Shown here: positions 60,948 through 64,000 of the stretch, piece by piece | Numbering within the stretch: position 1 is the first letter of the stretch | How the letters are laid out: every line of letters begins with the position of its first letter | Assembly: GCA_037720195.1 (NCBI GenBank) | Contig: JBBJML010000019.1 | Span: 8,693 to 72,692 of the forward strand | DNA from: Nakamurella sp. | GTDB lineage: Bacteria; Actinomycetota; Actinomycetes; Mycobacteriales; Nakamurellaceae | Reading direction: 5' to 3' | DNA: 64,000 nt | Notes under the pieces: model-generated | The model's input: only the letters and a program-made list of their open reading frames with translations | Database searches by the model: none | Told to the model about the DNA's origin: nothing | Position numbers and translations under genes: made by a program

Positions 60948-61582
60948 TGCGCATCGTGGTCGTCGAGGCCGGGCTCGGAACCCCGTCCTCCACCAGGTTG
61001 TTGGCCGATCGTCTGACCGCTGCGACCGCCGAGATCCTGGCCGGTCAGGACTTCGAGTTCAGCACGGTGGCGCTGCGCGAACTCGCTCATCCATTGGCAG
61101 ACAACCTGCTCACCGGATTTCCGTCCGGCCCACTGGTCCCGGCGATCGAGGCGGTAGCCGCAGCTGACGCCCTGATCGTCGTCACACCGGTGTTCGCCGC
61201 CTCCTACTCGGGACTGTTCAAGGTGTTCTTCGACGTGCTGGAACCCGGGGTGTTGCGGGGGACGCCCGTGCTGCTGGCCGCCACCGCCGGGACGGCGCGG
61301 CACAGCCTGGTGCTCGAACACGCGGTCCGGCCGCTGCTGTCCTACCTCGGCGCCCTGACCGTGCCGACCGCAGTGTTCGCCGCGACCGAGGACTGGGGCG
61401 CCGCCGGTGTCGGGGCTCTCGACGAGCGGATCGCCCGGGCTGCAACGGATCTCAGTGGGCTGCTCGGCGTCGGCTCGGCGCCTGCCGCGGGACTGGACGC
61501 CGAGGCCGCAGTGGTGCAGGAGCACGCGTTCGGAGCGCCGGCGACGTTCATCGACGAACTCCTCAGGTCCGCGCGCACCTGA
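60947..61582 (+). CDS. NAD(P)H-dependent FMN reductase
   Basis: The start overlaps the upstream stop (TGATG). It has a flavodoxin-like fold, with MRIVVVEAGLGTPSSTR, ADALIVVTPVFAASYSGLFKVFFD and TAGTARHSL. Confidence 0.8.
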   Translation: MRIVVVEAGLGTPSSTRLLADRLTAATAEILAGQDFEFSTVALRELAHPLADNLLTGFPSGPLVPAIEAVAAADALIVVTPVFAASYSGLFKVFFDVLEPGVLRGTPVLLAATAGTARHSLVLEHAVRPLLSYLGALTVPTAVFAATEDWGAAGVGALDERIARAATDLSGLLGVGSAPAAGLDAEAAVVQEHAFGAPATFIDELLRSART

Positions 61583-61657
61583 ACGCGCGGCCGGTGGTGC
61601 ACCTGGCCCGGCCCAACTCGTTTGTCCGGCGCCACAGGCCTGCGGTCCAATGGGTGC

Positions 61658-62947
61658 ATGCCCGCAGCGAAGAAGCCGACCCGTCCGTCCACCCGTTCCG
61701 CCACTGTGGCGCCCCACCTGCTGGAACCGAAGCTGACCCGGGTCACCGCGCGCAGCCACCGGGCGTTCCACGAGGCGATCGCCCTTGGCTTCCAGGAGCC
61801 GATCCGGCCCGAGGTCACCGAGCTGGACAAGAAGCTCGCCGAACATGATCGCTTCTTCGGTTTCACCGTCGACGGTCGCTGGATCGCCACCTGCGGGGCG
61901 TTCACCAGGACGCTGACCGTGCCCGGCGGTGCAGCGGTGCCCGTTGCTGCCGTCACCAACGTCACCGTCCAGGGCCCCTTCCATCGTCGTGGCCTGCTCC
62001 GCCGGATGATGCAGCACCAGCTGGAGGACGTTGCAGCGCGCGGGGAGTCGCTGTCCGTGCTGTGGGCATCAGAGGCCTCGATCTACGGCCGGTTCGGCTA
62101 TGCACCCGCCGCGTCGCGCAGCAAGTTGTCCGGCACCAGCGCCCGTCTGCAGTTCCTGCCGGGGGTCAGTGCAGCCGGGTCGGTGGACGAGGTCGACCGG
62201 CAGACCTTCCTCGACGCGGCAGTACCGCTGCACACTGCGTGGCGCTCGAACCGTCCCGGCAACCTCGATCGCCCGGGGTCGTGGTGGGACCACGCGCTCT
62301 TCGACGCCGAGTTCCACCGGGATGGTGCCGGTGAGCTGCGCCATCTGCTGCATTTCGACGAGGCCGGCGACGTCGACGGCTACGCGACCTATCGGTTCAA
62401 GGGCGACTGGTCGGCCACCGGACCCGACGGCGAGATCAGGATCGGTGAGCTGGCTGCGGGGGACACGCAGGCCTACGCCGGTCTCTGGCGTTATCTGCTC
62501 GATGTCGACCTGGCGCGCTCCTTCTCGCTGAACCTGGCCCCGGTCGACACCCCACTGCGCCACCTGGTGACCGACGCGCGTGCCATCCGGACGGAGATCT
62601 CGGACAATCTGTACCTGCGCGTCGTCGACGTCGCTGCTGCGCTCGCCGCCAGGACCTACCGCACCGACATCGACGTGGTGCTGCAGGTGTCGGATCCGTT
62701 GCTGGACGGCAACACCGGTCGGTTCCGGTTGCGCGGAGGACCCGCCGGCGCAACCGTCACCCGCGCCCGAGGTGGCGCCGATCTGGAGCTGGGAATCCTG
62801 GAGCTCGGCGCGGTCTACCTCGGCGGGGTCAGCCTCGAACTGCTGCACCGCAGCGGTCGGATCCGGGAGCACACGCCCGGATCGGCCTCGGTGACCTCCC
62901 TGGCGTTCGGCTCGGATCTCGCGCCGTGGTGCCCCGACCATTTCTGA
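61658..62947 (+). CDS. eis: Eis-like GNAT acetyltransferase with C-terminal SCP2-like domain
   Basis: The GNAT core is VTVQGPFHRRGLLRRMMQHQLEDVAARGESLSVLWASEASIYGRFGY. The second GNAT-like and C-terminal regions (LYLRVVDVAAAL, ELGAVYLGG) match Eis architecture. Confidence 0.8.
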   Translation: MPAAKKPTRPSTRSATVAPHLLEPKLTRVTARSHRAFHEAIALGFQEPIRPEVTELDKKLAEHDRFFGFTVDGRWIATCGAFTRTLTVPGGAAVPVAAVTNVTVQGPFHRRGLLRRMMQHQLEDVAARGESLSVLWASEASIYGRFGYAPAASRSKLSGTSARLQFLPGVSAAGSVDEVDRQTFLDAAVPLHTAWRSNRPGNLDRPGSWWDHALFDAEFHRDGAGELRHLLHFDEAGDVDGYATYRFKGDWSATGPDGEIRIGELAAGDTQAYAGLWRYLLDVDLARSFSLNLAPVDTPLRHLVTDARAIRTEISDNLYLRVVDVAAALAARTYRTDIDVVLQVSDPLLDGNTGRFRLRGGPAGATVTRARGGADLELGILELGAVYLGGVSLELLHRSGRIREHTPGSASVTSLAFGSDLAPWCPDHF

Positions 62948-62978
62948 CCGGCCCACCGCTGTCCGGCCGGGTGCGCGG

Positions 62979-64000
62979 TCAGGTGCCGCTCATCACCGAC
63001 AGCAGGGTCGCGGGCAGGTTGGACGTCGACACCACGTCGTAGTAGGTGCCGTTGCCCGCCGCGGCCAGCGCCACCAGTGCCGAGTCGGGTGCGTTCTCGC
63101 CGACTCCGACGACGTCGAGGCTGAGCGACGGGTTGGCGGCCATCACCTCGCGGATCGCCTGCACCACCGCGGCGCGCGAAGTGCTCGGCGTCTGGTCGGG
63201 GCCGTCGGTGATCAGCACCACCCGCTGCGGGGAGCTGGGTGTGGCGGCGGTCGAGACCTGTTGCAGGACAGCGGGAACCGCAGCGTAGTACCGACGCTCA
63301 CCCGACGATCCGAGTGCTCCGATGCCGGCGTCCAGGGCGGGTGACCTGGCCGCGAGCGGTGCGAGCCGGGCATACCCGGACGGTTGATCCTCGGACGACG
63401 CCGACCACAGCCCGAACCGGGACGTCCCGGTGGTGGCGACGGCTCCGGTCAAGGCCTGTTGCAGCCATGCGGTCCTGGTCAGACCGGACACCTCGGTCTC
63501 CCAGGTCGCCGAGGTGTCGGCCAGGAACGTGACTCCCGGTCCGGTCGTCGGGACCGGGGTGCTGGACGGCGAGGTGCTGGACGGCGAGGTCCTCGTGGTG
63601 ACCGGGGTGGTCGACGGTCGCGGGGTTCCGGACGGCCCGGTACTCGACGGCCCGCTGCTCGGGGGCCCGGAGACCGACGTGCTGGTCGTCACGGGGACCG
63701 GCGGTGTGCTGGGGCCCGCCGTGCCGGAGTTCGCCGGCGTGCTGCCGGTCGTGGAAGGGCTGGGCGAGCCATCACCCGGCAGGCCGAGCGCGCCGGCCCA
63801 CGCGTCCTCCTGGCCGGACTCCGTGCCGGGCAGCACGGTGACCGTGGTGTCCGCATCGATCCCCGGGGCGGTGGAGGTGGTGAGACCGGGCACCCGCATC
63901 CGGGCAGCAGTGAACATCTGCTTCCCGGCGGTGTCCCTGGCGAAGGAGTGGAAACGGGTGGCGGCGTCACGCTGGATGTCGTCCAACCCGTCCATCGTCA
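62979..64000 (-). CDS. VWA-like domain protein with Pro/Ser/Thr-rich linker, 5' end off-window
   Basis: The ORF is open to the window edge. The C-terminal region has VVLITDGPDQTPS and a VGVGENAPDSALVALAAAGNGTYY pattern typical of von Willebrand A domains. It also has a long PST low-complexity tract. Confidence 0.55.
   Translation of the reverse strand, partial: TMDGLDDIQRDAATRFHSFARDTAGKQMFTAARMRVPGLTTSTAPGIDADTTVTVLPGTESGQEDAWAGALGLPGDGSPSPSTTGSTPANSGTAGPSTPPVPVTTSTSVSGPPSSGPSSTGPSGTPRPSTTPVTTRTSPSSTSPSSTPVPTTGPGVTFLADTSATWETEVSGLTRTAWLQQALTGAVATTGTSRFGLWSASSEDQPSGYARLAPLAARSPALDAGIGALGSSGERRYYAAVPAVLQQVSTAATPSSPQRVVLITDGPDQTPSTSRAAVVQAIREVMAANPSLSLDVVGVGENAPDSALVALAAAGNGTYYDVVSTSNLPATLLSVMSGT

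Overview
This is a high-GC (by eye about 70%) Actinomycetota chromosomal segment, densely coding and mostly core housekeeping. From memory of Mycobacterium tuberculosis gene order, it contains two conserved synteny blocks. The first matches Rv1697-Rv1713: steA-like, mctB-like, pyrG, NUDIX, xerD, parA/soj, scpA, scpB, rluB, cmk, plsC-like, der. The second matches Rv1822-Rv1832: pgsA-like, DUF881, sbp, DUF881, gcvH, garA, MerR/ftsR-like, DUF151, MerR, gcvP, with a tandem glycine riboswitch ahead of gcvP. Accessory genes sit between and inside these blocks:
- a PAS-GAF-GGDEF cyclase divergent from a GT4-GT4-SGNH operon
- an APH-like kinase and an esterase
- tRNA-Pro(GGG) followed by a small A/T-richer stretch
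- a crcB pair, a VIT transporter and ArsR-SulP
- a dinB plus stand-alone LigD-polymerase pair
- the ald/lrp divergon, a UGPase-family enzyme and MarR-MFS
- adenosine deaminase and an aminotransferase
- a two-component LLM monooxygenase and an Eis-like GNAT
- a secreted/lipoprotein pair divergent from a large polytopic membrane protein

I found no rRNA, CRISPR array, transposase, phage integrase or recognisable defence system. The signals not explained by gene annotation are non-coding:
1. A dispersed 30-45 nt intergenic repeat family occurs in both orientations at six intergenic sites in five gaps.
2. Two diverged ~185-bp direct repeats bracket one alpha/beta-hydrolase gene.
3. Two tandem duplications begin at the stop codons of der (3 x 32 bp) and gcvP (2 x 96 bp).
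4. Several perfect palindromes look like operators.

All functional calls come from reading translated motifs and from gene context. No database search was run. I did not find one obvious, clearly novel protein-coding system. The repeat families and the uncharacterised envelope gene trio are the best candidates for follow-up.
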